64,000 nt of DNA from Eledone cirrhosa (Eukaryota), in contig OZ024742.1 in the NCBI GenBank assembly GCA_964016885.1, forward strand, positions 348,068,001 to 348,132,000. Reading direction: 5' to 3'. The translations under genes were made by a program, and so were the position numbers. The notes beneath the pieces were generated by a model. That model saw nothing but the letters and a program-made list of their open reading frames with translations, had not been told where the DNA came from and did not search any database. Shown in pieces: positions 1-11,679 of the stretch; within the stretch, counting starts at the first letter, position 1, and every line of letters begins with the position of its first letter.

Positions 1-910
1 GCCTATATGCAATTATCATTATCTATAAAAGGCAGATTTTTGTGTCTGTATGTATGTTTCAATTTTATACATTTACACGATTCCAAAAATATTGAATGAA
101 TAATTAAGCAGAATGTTTACAAATATTCTAACTTGGGTCATGGGCGAACTTATTGGGTAAAAAATGCCCCAATTACGGAAAAATCGATTTATTTCAACAA
201 TCGATGATTTCTCTCTCATATGATATACGTTTCCTATATCTACTCCCTTCATCACCTCCCCTTAAAATTGCTACCTTCTCTTATAAGTGTTTGTGAAAAA
301 GAGAAACATTGAAAAAAAACATATACACACATATATGTGGGTGCATACACACACATATATGTTGGTATGGTTACGATTGACGTCATAGAAACAGGAACGC
401 GGGAATTTCAATCAATCAACGCATACACAGTTTGTTTTAGAAATAACAATAGCATATTATGATAAAGAGGGAAAGAGAAACAAACAGACACACTAAAAGA
501 CGGATATATGTGTGTGTGTTTGTATTAGCGCGTTCAAACTCCATTTCGAAGCTGACTTTCATTTACTAAATTGTAAGTTTTTCAATCGGCCTTACACTTT
601 CAAACTATATTTTTCTGTATAAGTAACTTTAACCCTTTCTTTTCAACATAAAAATACACACATACATACAAATACCTGTAAATTTTTTTTTGGGGGCCTT
701 TCTTATCAATCTTTTTACATTCAATTATCAGCCTTATACTTTCAAAGTCAATTTTTATGTTGAAGTAACTTTCACCCTTTATTTTTCGATACCCATTTAC
801 TTACTAACATTTGTATCACAACAACAATAACAATATTCATAAACAGACAGTAGACTTTCAAAGTCAATTTTTCTGTAGAAGTAACTTTCACCCTTTCTTT
901 TGGACATAAA

Positions 911-1639
911 ATGCCACCTAAAAAGAGAAGTCGCCTCAGTCAACATACCGCGTCAGCAGTGGCGCAAAAGGCTACTATAGCAAACGAGTCCTCTGAGGAA
1001 AATGCTTCAAGACTTTCACAGACAGCCTTACATTCAGCAGAATGTCGAGCCGCTGAAAGTTTCCAACAGCGCACCGCACGCCTAGCCAAAATGGCTTCAT
1101 ACCAGGCTTCTTCCAGGGCTTCAGAGAGCCATGAACAAAGATCGAAGCGCCTGGCTAGAAACGCTGCAACTAATGCTGCTTCCAGGTCTTTGGAACGTTT
1201 AAAACAACAGACGGTTCGCCTTCCTACGAACGCTGCGGCTATGACTACTTCCATGGCTTCTGAAGATGCAGATGGGCGGTCCATTAGCATTGCAAATGTT
1301 GCTTCTGCTATTGCTGCCAGACCTTCCCACCAACCACATGACCAATGTTCTACGTTCAAGCGTAACAGTCGACGGCGAGAAGCTGCACGCGGTGTGACGA
1401 GCCCCAACAGCCCTTACTGGCACCTACGGGCTTTCAAGTATGAGCAAAACGTTAATTACTCGATGCGCTCTGACATAAATATAGGCGAGATGCGCTTCAA
1501 TTGCCAATTCTGCAATGCTACAAAGTGGGCTGGGGAGCCACCTGCAATGTGCTGCTTAAACGGTAAGGTCACCTTGCCCCCTCTTCCGGAACCGCCAGAG
1601 CCTTTGAAGGAACTACTGACTGGTTATACCTCAAGGTAA
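911..1639 (+). pseudogene. Helitron RepHel N-terminal fragment (zinc-finger region)
   Basis: ORF ends in CQFCNATKWAGEPPAMCCLNGKVTLPPLPEPPEPLKELL, typical of the Helitron N-terminus; the HUH Rep domain is missing downstream. Confidence 0.85.
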
Positions 1640-1674
1640 AAAACAAAAACCCCTGATCCCCCCAATAAAAAACG

Positions 1675-2745
1675 ATCCTGGGGGTACCGGAAAAACTTTT
1701 GTAACGAATTTGATTCTCGCTAAGATTCGTAAGGAGAAAAAAGTTGCGTTGTCCGTTGCATCGTCCGGGATCGCTGCTACTTTGCTGCCGGGAGGCAGGA
1801 CAGCACATTCAACTTTTAAACTCCCTTTGGATTTAGTAAAAACTGAGACACCAACATGCAATATCAGCAAGAGTTCACACAAAGCTATGGTTCTCAAAAT
1901 ATGTTGCCTCATTGTTTGGGATGAGTGCACAATGGAACACAAGGGTGCCCTTGAGGCATTGGACAAGGCCCGGAAAGACATTAGGGATTCTACGGCTCCT
2001 ATGGGTGGCGTAACCCTTCTGCTATCAGGGGATTTTCGGAAAACGCTGCCTGTCATCCCCAAATGAACAAGAGCTGATGAAGTGTGTGCCTGTCTTAAGT
2101 CGTCCATGTTGTGGCTCCAGGTGAATAGTTTGTACCTGAGCACAAATATGCGTGCTCATTTGCATGGTGACAACATGTCTGCAGCACAGAACATTTTAGC
2201 ACTTGGTGAGGGCAAGATCCCTGCGGATGACAAGGGCGGCATAGCAATCGACACCCTGTGCAACATTGTGAGCAGCCCTTCTGACCTTTGGGAAGCAGTT
2301 TTTCCTAATGTCTCATCTAACTTTAAAAACTTCGATTGGCTCAGCGAAAGAGCCATCCTTGCTCCGAAAAATACCATGGTTAATTTTATTAACGAGCAGC
2401 TGATTGAGAAGATTCCCGGTAAAGAGCACATCTTCAAATCAGAGCCCGACGATATCGTTAATTATCCGGTTGAGTTATTAAATCTCCTTGAGCCCCCAGG
2501 GCTCCCACCTCACATTACTAAGCTTAGGGTTGGCTGTACCATTATGCTAATAAGGAACTTGCGTCCACCAAAGCAGTGCAACGGTACTCGCATGGTCGTC
2601 AAGTCACTGACACCCACTTGATTGAGGCCACCATTGTAACGGGGTATGGAAGAGGGGAGAATGTTTTCATTCCAAGGATGAACCTTTTCCCCTCGGTGTC
2701 AGATATCCCGTTCGATTTCCGGCGATCACAATTCCCGGTCTACTA
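1675..2745 (+). pseudogene. Helitron PIF1-family helicase remnant
   Basis: PGGTGKTF Walker A, ASSGIAATLLPGGRTAHSTFKLP, IVWDE, GDFRKTLPV, RAILAPKN, NGTR; interrupted by stops at 2064 and 2619. Confidence 0.92.
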
Positions 2746-4259
2746 AATTCGCTATTGGAAGATTATTAACCCATCATTGATTGACCAAAATGCTAATTGG
2801 ATCGTAACTTTTAATAACCGGTTCAACTGCTTTATGCACTTAATTGATAAGCTTATTCGCTTTCAAACCACGTTTACCTGTATGTAACTTTTCATAGCAA
2901 ATGAACAAACCCGAGCAACGCCGGGCTAAACTGCTAGTGCCTTGATAAAAAGTTTGAGGAATTTAAAAATGTAGGAAGAAGAGTAGGAGGAGATAACTAG
3001 GTATGAAGTTGGGGGAAGAGTAGGAGGAGACAGGGAAGTATGAAGTAGGAGGATATAGGGGAGTTATGAAGTAGTAGGAGGAGTTGGGGAGATATGGGAG
3101 AGGTATGAAGTAGGTCAATGGTCTAAGTGACAAAATATTTAAAACAGTAAGGGTGGTGGTGAAGGGAAAGTTTAGAAGAAACTATACCTGCACTGTATCC
3201 CTTCACCACCAGCACTAATATCATCATGATACAATTGTGTTTTTCATACTGGAAAGGTTTGGATAGGTCCCATAATATCTTGTTGCCCTTCATCAATCTT
3301 CATCAGGTGGCACACACATGTTTATACCAAATAAAAATCATGGTGGTTTGTAGTGTGGGCCAAAATCAGTTATTCAAACTTGATAAAAGTATGTACAGTT
3401 AGCTAATTGGTTTTTGTTTACAAACACTAACGTGTTGAAATGTGGTAATTCTGGTGCCACAATAAAATGTCCTCGGCATTCAATCCACACTGGAAGGTCG
3501 AATTGCTGGAGTCATGATAAAATGCACCTAGTCCACACTGTAAATCATTAGTGCTGGTGCCATGAAAAAAAGCACCTAGTCCACCCTGTCGGGTGTTAGA
3601 GGAGGTATCACAAGAAAACCAGCTCAGTACATGTAGAAACTGCCAAAAGGGAACATATGTGCAAGATATAGTCGTCTACCCTGCCTTCTGGCCATAGTAT
3701 GTGACAACCTGTGTAACCTAAGCAAGCCTGGAAAATAGATATAGTGTGGTTGATGATGATAATCTCTAATATAAAATACCTAATAGGTTGATTGGGCTAG
3801 TGTCATACTTGGCAACATATAGAGAGAAAGAGGGGGATAGAGGAGAAAGAATTAACATGGGTTGAAGGAAGAGTATACATACTGACCAAAGTGATAGGTA
3901 AAAGAAAGACAAACAAATGCTAAAGCGAGAGCAATTGTGCATACACACACACGCATGCACGCACATGTAATTGTCACTTGCTAATCTAACTACAAATACT
4001 TATAGTATTTGTGTGAAGTTTAGGTTTTCTGTTCACCTTTATTTTTGTTCTGTTTGACAAATGAAATGTACATATGCAAGATATTTCTTTTCTTAATTTA
4101 AATTTCTAGTTTCTATATAGGAACCATTTTCATTTCAGTTGTACTGCTAATTTCTTCAGTCAAGGTCTAAATGTGTCACCCCTTAGAATTCTGAGCTTTT
4201 CACCTAATGCAAAAAACAATCAATGATTTTTTTTTTAAAGGTGTATTGCTCAAAGAAAG

Positions 4260-4525
4260 CAATGAATTGGCAGAGTCATTATAGTATCAGATTAACCTTT
4301 AACACACTGAATTTTTTATGAATTGCTTCCCTTGACACTGTATTGTGTATTAAGCGGAGATTACTCTATTGGCGACATAAGGTGCCTGGAGCATGCTGAA
4401 GGTTAAAACTACCTTGGTATTTGTTCTAACTTATCACTGCGCTCTGAATTTAAATGCTACCAAGGTCAACTTTGCTTTTCATCCTTTTAGGGATCTGTAA
4501 ATAAAATATGAGTGCAGTACTGGGC
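4260..4525 (+). mobile_element. tRNA-derived SINE interrupted by a TTAA-flanked MITE (4292-4406)
   Basis: GAATTGGCAGAGTC head, GTCAACTTTGCTTTTCATCCTTT central motif shared with 15068-15245 and 40445-40625; insert reads TTAA-CCTTTAACA...TGCTGAAGG-TTAA. Confidence 0.6.
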
Positions 4526-4685
4526 TGGTTCTTCCTCCATTCTCTCTCTCTTTCTATTGAAACCTTGGAAAGGGATGGGTTCCACCATGTATAAAATTCC
4601 CAAGACATGCTGTGTGTCAGGGCAATATTCTTATAATTCCATCAAGAGTTAAGGGCCCTTATTTTACTTTGCTATATTAGTAAAG

Positions 4686-4978
4686 TGGAACTGTGTGGCC
4701 TAGTGTTAAGGCTGTTGACTTACAATCATAGTGTCAGGTGTTCAATTCCTGGACTGGGTTGTGTGTTATGTTCTTGAGCAAAACACTTCATTTTACGTTG
4801 CTCCAGTATACTCAGCTGAAAATTCGTACCAGCAGTAGCTGGGAGTTTAGCCCTGTGATGGACTGGTGTCTTGACCAGAAGGGGAGTTTTGTACTCTCAG
4901 TTGATTCACACCACAGAAACCAGGATAACACTGGCTTGATGAACTTCCAAGCTAGAGACAGACTTTAGACTTTTAGAT
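4686..4978 (+). mobile_element. tRNA-derived CORE-like SINE
   Basis: A box TGGCCTAGTG, B box GTTCAATTCC, CORE-like GTTCTTGAGCAAAACACTTCA, (AGACTTT)n tail; homologous to 44810-45695. Confidence 0.7.
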
Positions 4979-5537
4979 TGGTAAAATGTACTTCAAATTG
5001 ACAGAGCCGTTAGCGCGACAGATAGAATGTTTTGTGGTATTCATTTCAGCTCCTTTTTTTATGCAATATTAAACAATATTATATTGTTTGGGAAGATCAG
5101 TATTGTTGTTTTTCAGTCCCTGGTGGTCACTGATCAAGCAGTTCGGCTGCATTTTTATAGCAGATGGAGCAACCACAATGGCGCTCTCTCTTTAGGATAG
5201 ACTTCTCAAACACAAGGATTCAAAAGTGCCATTACATCCTGGGGTAGAAGCACAGTGAGTCAACGGTGAAATGAGGGGTGAGCATGTTTTCCACCAGTTA
5301 TAATGTTAATCTGCAATATAGCTGATAAGCTGCTATTTTTTTTTTTTATCAAAATAAATATACATATGATAGTAAGTGGGATGTGTGAATTGGTACAAAA
5401 TGTAGGGGAACAAATTTTCTGTTTAAACTTTTCTTTAAAAATCCATATATACTCCTACATACTTAAGGGACAAATTACCAAGCTTCTGGAAAATATAGTC
5501 TCAAAAATTATTCAACTGAACCCTTCATGTTTTACAG

Positions 5538-5618
5538 TTCACAACATTGATGTCAGCTGCATGTTTCCAAGAAGAGCTATCTATCCATTTGCATTTCGAA
5601 CCCATGCACATAGTCTTG
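5538..5618 (+). CDS. PAM: PAM exon (PHM domain, CuM His-x-His ligands)
   Basis: tttacag|TT CAC...CTT G|gtaagt; (x)HNIDVSCMFPRRAIYPFAFRTHAHSL matches PHM 'DISC...FAYRVHTHHLG'. Confidence 0.95.
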
Positions 5619-5647
5619 GTAAGTTGATGTTTTACCTTATTTGACTA

Positions 5648-6078
5648 TTAACCCTTTCATTATCATATTTCTAATGAAAGACACTACCTATGTCATTAAC
5701 CCTTTCATTACCATATTTCTTATAAAAGACACTACCTATGTCATTAACCCTTTCATTACCATATTTCTTATAAAAGACACTACCTATGTCATTAACCCTT
5801 TCATTACCATATTTCTAATGAAAGACACTACCTATGTCATTAACCCTTTCATTATCATATTTCTAATGAAAGACACTACCTATGTCATTAACCCTTTCAT
5901 TACCATATTTCTTATAAAAGACACTACCTATGTCATTAACCCTTTCATTATAAATATTTCTTATAAAAGACACTGCCTATGTCATTAACCCGTTCATTAT
6001 CATATTTCTAATGAAAGACACTACCTATGTTATTAACCCTTTCATTATCATATTTCTAATGAAAGACACTGCCTATGA
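5648..6078. repeat. 48-bp minisatellite, ~9 copies
   Basis: unit ATTAACCCTTTCATTACCATATTTCTTATAAAAGACACTACCTATGTC. Confidence 0.95.
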
Positions 6079-6271
6079 TTTTCAAATCATTAAAAAATAA
6101 TTAAGAATAGTAATATTATTAAGCTCAGGAACATTTCTTAACCCTTTTGGTACCAACCCTCCCACCCGAAACCATCTTGGTTTTATGATACAAAATTTAG
6201 TGAAATAATCAACTTTGGCATTATTGATTTTGTGTTTATAACATAAGTTCTTATATGAAATTATTATGGGA

Positions 6272-8300
6272 GGTTGTGATATATATATAAACACTATAAA
6301 GACATTGATATTATGGCAGGTTGTGATATATATATATAAACACTATAAAGACATTGATATTATGGCAGGTTGTGATATATATATATAAACACTATAAAGA
6401 CATTGATATTATGGCAGGTTGTGATATATATATAGAAGACCCGCCTTACCTAAATACAAAGTAAAAACCTACTACAGTCAGTAGGCATCTCTATCAAAAC
6501 ACACCCCCGTCCCACCACCTCCACCCCACCCACACCGCCCCTTTCAATGTAAAGTTATGTTGGTCCCACAACATCCAGGCCGAAACAAATGAGATCGTGT
6601 AGGTGTCACGACAAAAAACACACAGTCCACGCTGTAAATGTGGCCGTGTAGGCAACACGGTAAAAACCTCCCAGCCCCACACTGTAAATGTGGTTGGTGT
6701 TAGGAAGGGCATCCAACTGTAGAAAACCCGCCAGACAGTCCACGCTGTAATGTGGCCGTGTAGGCAACACGGTAAAAACCTCCCAGCCCCACACTGTAAA
6801 TGTGGTTGGTGTTAGGAAGGGCATCCAACTGTAGAAAACCCGCCAGACAGTCCTATGCGAGCAAGACAACCACTCTTGCCTCAAGTGGGAAAACCCCCGT
6901 CCAAACCCATGCAAGCGTGGAACACGGACGCTAAACCTGATGATGATGATGATGAAACACTATAAAGACATTGATATTATGGCAGGTTGTGATATATATA
7001 TATATATATATAAACACTATAAAAACATTGATATTATGGCAGGTTGTGATATATATATAAACACTATAAAGACATTGATATTATGGCAGGTTGTGATATA
7101 TATATATAAACACTATAAAGACATTGATATTATGGCAGGTTGTGATATATATATATAAACACTATAAAGACATTGATATTATGGCACGTTGTGATATATA
7201 TATATATAAACACTATAAAGACATTGATATTATGGCAGGTTGTGATATATATATATAAACACTATAAAGACATTGATATTATGGCAGGTTGTGATATATA
7301 TATAAACACTATAAAGACATTGATATTATGGCAGGTTGTGATATATATATATAAACACTATAAAGACATTGATATTATGGCAGGTTGTGATATATATATA
7401 TAAACACTATAAAGACATTGATATTATGGCAGGTTGTGATATATATATAAACACTATAAAGACATTGATATTATGGCACGTTGTGATATATATATATAAA
7501 CACTATAAAGACATTGATATTATGGCAGGTTGTGATATATATATATATATATATAAACACTATAAAAACATTGATATTATGGCAGGTTGTGATATATATA
7601 TAAACACTATAAAGACATTGATATTATGGCAGGTTGTGATATATATATATAAACACTATAAAGACATTGATATTATGGCAGGTTGTGATATATATATATA
7701 AACACTATAAAGACATTGATATTATGGCACGTTGTGATATATATATATATAAACACTATAAAGACATTGATATTATGGCAGGTTGTGATATATATATATA
7801 AACACTATAAAGACATTGATATTATGGCAGGTTGTGATATATATATAAACACTATAAAGACATTGATATTATGGCAGGTTGTGATATATATATATAAACA
7901 CTATAAAGACATTGATATTATGGCAGGTTGTGATATATATATATAAACACTATAAAGACATTGATATTATGGCAGGTTGTGATATATATATAAACACTAT
8001 AAAGACATTGATATTATGGCACGTTGTGATATATATATATAAACACTATAAAGACATTGATATTATGGCAGGTTGTGATATATATATATAAACACTATAA
8101 AGACATTGATATTATGGCAGGTTGTGATATATATATATAAACACTATAAAAACATTGATATTATGGCAGGTTGTGATATATATATAAACACTATAAAGAC
8201 ATTGATATTATGGCAGGTTGTGATATATATATAAACACTATAAAGACATTGATATTATGGCAGGTTGTGATATATATATAAACACTATAAAGACATTGAT
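6272..8300. repeat. ~47-55 bp minisatellite with variable (AT)n, interrupted at 6435-6955
   Basis: unit AAACACTATAAAGACATTGATATTATGGCAGGTTGTG(AT)n. Confidence 0.95.
6435..6955 (+). mobile_element. RTE LINE 3' UTR fragment with (GAT)n tail
   Basis: GGTTGGTGTTAGGAAGGGCATCC and AACCCATGCAAGCGTGGAA...GATGATGATG, as at the LINE 3' end 13590-13783; internal ~119-bp duplication. Confidence 0.8.
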
Positions 8301-8836
8301 ATTTGTATGTTAGTGATGTCAGTGTCTTGATGTGTACTTTAATGTGAGGGTCTTTACATAAACATTGGGGGATCTCTGTGAGGACAACTCTCTGTCTCAT
8401 AGCAAAAACAATGACCCCTACTGATGACATGGATAGATGGAATAATAATGTCACGTTGAAGGAAGGTATGAGATGATCAATAAAATCCAGACTACATCAA
8501 TTGTCATAGCAACAGGAATTGAAAGTGTTACTATTTTCTATTTTCTTTGGGGGTGGGGGTGCGGGGTGGGTGGGTGGGTTGTTTTTCTTTTATTCTTTTC
8601 AGAATTAAGAAACTCCATATGCTCGGAAACCTTCTTGGGAGACAGATTTCGAAAATAAAATCCGTTTTTCTCTTGGACACACCGTTTCAGAGCCTTCTGG
8701 TGAAATACACACAAACACTATCAAATATATTGTAGATTATTCAAAACCATAGGCAATGTCGTTCATTAGAAATATAAGATTACAAAAAGGTTAATATATA
8801 TAAATAGTAAAATAGAAATATTGTTGACTGTTGCAG

Positions 8837-8910
8837 CCAGTGTGGTGAGTGCTTATAAATATAATGGAAGTTGGACATTAATTGGGAAAAGTAACCCTCA
8901 GTGGCCTCAG
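8837..8910 (+). CDS. PAM: PAM exon (PHM domain)
   Basis: ttgcag|CC...CAG|gtaaga; ASVVSAYKYNGSWTLIGKSNPQWPQ matches PHM 'VVSGYRVRNGQWTLIGRQNPQLPQ'; phases match neighbours. Confidence 0.95.
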
Positions 8911-9204
8911 GTAAGATTCATTTCTTTTTTCTTTTAACTCCCTCTTATTACTAAAAAAATGTGTTTTTATAGAATCTTTGAAGTAACTTCTGAACTCGGG
9001 TTTTTATTATATATATATATATATATATTAGGTAATTCTGAGTAAAAAGCAAAGGCAAAGAGAGTGCTCTATGTATAGAACAGAGCTATTTAATTAGAAA
9101 TTGAAGAACACAATTATTATCGTCGGTGATCCAGAAACCTTTGGTAATGGAGTAGTTATATTTTGTGTTCCTCAATTTCTAATTAAATATATATATATAT
9201 ATAT

Positions 9205-9750
9205 ATCATCATCATCATCATCATCATCAACGTTTAACGTCCGTGTTCCATGCTTGCATGGGTTTGGACGGGGGTAGTCCCACTTGAGGCAAGAGTGATT
9301 GTCTTGCTCGCATAGGACTGTCTGGCAGGTTTTCTACAGTTGGATGCCCTTCCTAACACCAACCACATTTACAGTGTGGGGCTGGGAGGTTTTTACCGTG
9401 TTGCCTACACGGCCACATTACAGCGTGGACTGTGTGTTTTTTTGTCGTGACACCTACACGATCTCATTTGTTTCGGCCTGGATGGCGCGGCACCAACATA
9501 ACTTTACATAGAACGGGGTGGTGTGGATGGGGTGGGGGTGGTGGCGGGACGGGGTGTATTTTGTTAGAGATGCCTACTGGCAAGGCGGGTCTTCTCTGTT
9601 ACTGAGTACCGCCAAAGGTCTCGGTCCAGTGACATTGTCTTGGAGAGGTGTAAGTGTGTGAGGTCGGAGTTTATCAGCTCATCCCAGGTTTTTCTAGGTC
9701 TGCCTATTCCGTGGCTACCGTCTATCTTTATTGCCCTGCACTTTGTTATA
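9205..9750 (-). mobile_element. RTE LINE 3' fragment
   Basis: (CAT)n tail on +; reverse complement of 6435-6955, extending into a coding remnant GRPRKTWDELI on -. Confidence 0.8.
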
Positions 9751-9910
9751 TTATCTAACCTATGCTAGCGTGGAAAATTGGACGTTAAATGATGATGATA
9801 TATGTGTGTGTGTGTGTTCTGTTTACGGACTATGAAATGGCACTGTAAGGAAAATAATAGCTTTTCTATCTTGAAGTATGTACTATATATATATGTGTAC
9901 AAAAAAAAAA

Positions 9911-10165
9911 AAATGAGATCGTGTAGGTGTCACGACAAAAAAACACACAGTCCACGCTGTAATGTGGCCGTGTAGGCAACACGGTAAAAACCTCCCAGAC
10001 CCACACTGTAAATGTGGTTGGTGTTAGGAAGGGCATCCAACTGTAGAAAACCTGCCAGACAGTCCTATGCGAGCAAGACAATCACTCTTGCCTCAAGTGG
10101 GAAAACCCCCGTCCAAACCCATGCAAGCGTGGAACACGGACGTTAAACGTTGATGATGATGATGA
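9911..10165 (+). mobile_element. RTE 3' UTR fragment
   Basis: near-identical inverted copy of 9205-9470, (GAT)n tail. Confidence 0.8.
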
Positions 10166-10339
10166 TAATATTGTATTTTTCAAACGATCTCCCCCCCCCC
10201 CCCCACACACACATATAATTTAACTTGAATTATTGATGCTCCGGGTTAAGATCCATCACTAAGCTTTTTTTTTTATTGAAAAACATAATCATCAAACATA
10301 TTATGTTTGTATACCTTAAGATAATATATATATGTATCA

Positions 10340-10535
10340 CACACGACACCTTGGGTCACATGGTACCATGGGCCCAGCACTATGTGTCAATAATTGTCAC
10401 AAGTGTAGTGTTTCTACCAGAGTTTTCAAGTCGCTGGCTGGACTAAAAAGCCACACTCGTTTAGCGCATCGGTAGGGGTTCTCCTACATGGATATAAAGT
10501 AGTGGCTGTACTCGAAAACGAGTTGGCAGCCACCA
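10340..10535 (+). mobile_element. possible 3' end of a BovB-like RTE LINE
   Basis: degenerate C2H2-like end HKCSVSTRVFKSLAGLKSHTRLAHR*, followed by a short UTR. Confidence 0.4.
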
Positions 10536-11679
10536 TATATTTATATCTTTGTTTAACGTTCATCTTCCACGCTAGCATGGGTTAGACATCTTCACTTTCA
10601 CAAGTGACTGAACAGTCCAGTAGGTGAATGGTAATCTCTACTGCATCTCCTGCAGATAAACAACGATAACCTGTTGCGGCTGTCATTGTCACTCCTTCCT
10701 TCTCACCCTTATCTCACCATCACACACACACACATATATGTAATAAATAAACACACATCAATTTAACATCATATACATATTTTATTCACTCATGACGTGT
10801 GTTTCACAATTGATCAGCTCAAGGTATGATCAATCATGACTGGGCCTGACTGGGATCAATAGCTCATCATACTAGTGGAATTCATGATATCATCATCATT
10901 ATCATGGCTGATGACTGCTGGGTGAAGAAGTGCCAAGTAATCCCAGTGGAAGGAAAATGCAGTAGTGGAAGACCATGGAACACATGGGTAGAGGTGGTGA
11001 GAGGTGACCTTAGATTGCTGAAACTCACAGAATAGATGATGGACTGAGATGAATGGAGAGATGTTGTGCTGAAGAGGACCAGTCCCACCCTTACAAGCAG
11101 GGAAAAGCAGATGTAAAATGATGATGATTGTTTATTGTCTACTCTCCCTGCTAGCAAGGGTTGAAGGATTGTCAACAGATCAGGTTGGTACTCAAAGCAG
11201 TGGCACTGACCCCATAGTGGACCTGGAGCCAGCATCTTACATTTCTGCATCTACTAAGTGCTCAGGTAGACTGGTGGCCTGAAACTTGCTTACATACATT
11301 CTCACACACTATAAGGGAGGTTATCATGTCTATGGCACAATTGAAGAACTATGATAACCTCCTGAGTGTTGGTGATATATATATCATCATCATCAGCAGC
11401 AGCAACATCGTTTTATGTCTGTTTTTTCCATGCTTGCATGGGTTGGAGGGGTCCTCTCTAACACAGTCTCCCACCATTTATTGCGTTCCTTCGATATCTC
11501 TGCTGCGAGTCTCACTGATTTGAGATTAGCTCTCAACTTCTGCATAGGTCTTCCTTGGTCTTCTTCTACTGCCACTACTTTCCACTGGGATTTCCTAGCA
11601 GTTCGTCATCCAAAAATCATCATCCATACATATCACATATTGATACCAGCACATCATCCATACATATCACATATTGATA

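Larger units (their letters stand above)
22..2937 (+). mobile_element. Helitron, internally deleted, both termini intact
   Basis: A|TC 5' end at 22 (TCTATAAAA); 3' hairpin CCCG-agcaacg-CCGGG at ~2910-2925, then CTAG|T at 2934-2938; contains RepHel remnants. Confidence 0.9.

Noticed and set aside
4100-4240. Possible upstream PHM exon after tatatag
   Set aside because: No frame gives recognisable PHM sequence; the preceding exon is probably outside the window.
5641-7946. Repetitive ORFs (INPFITIFLIKDTTYV; KHYKDIDIMAGCD)
   Set aside because: By-products of minisatellite units, with no splice or homology support.
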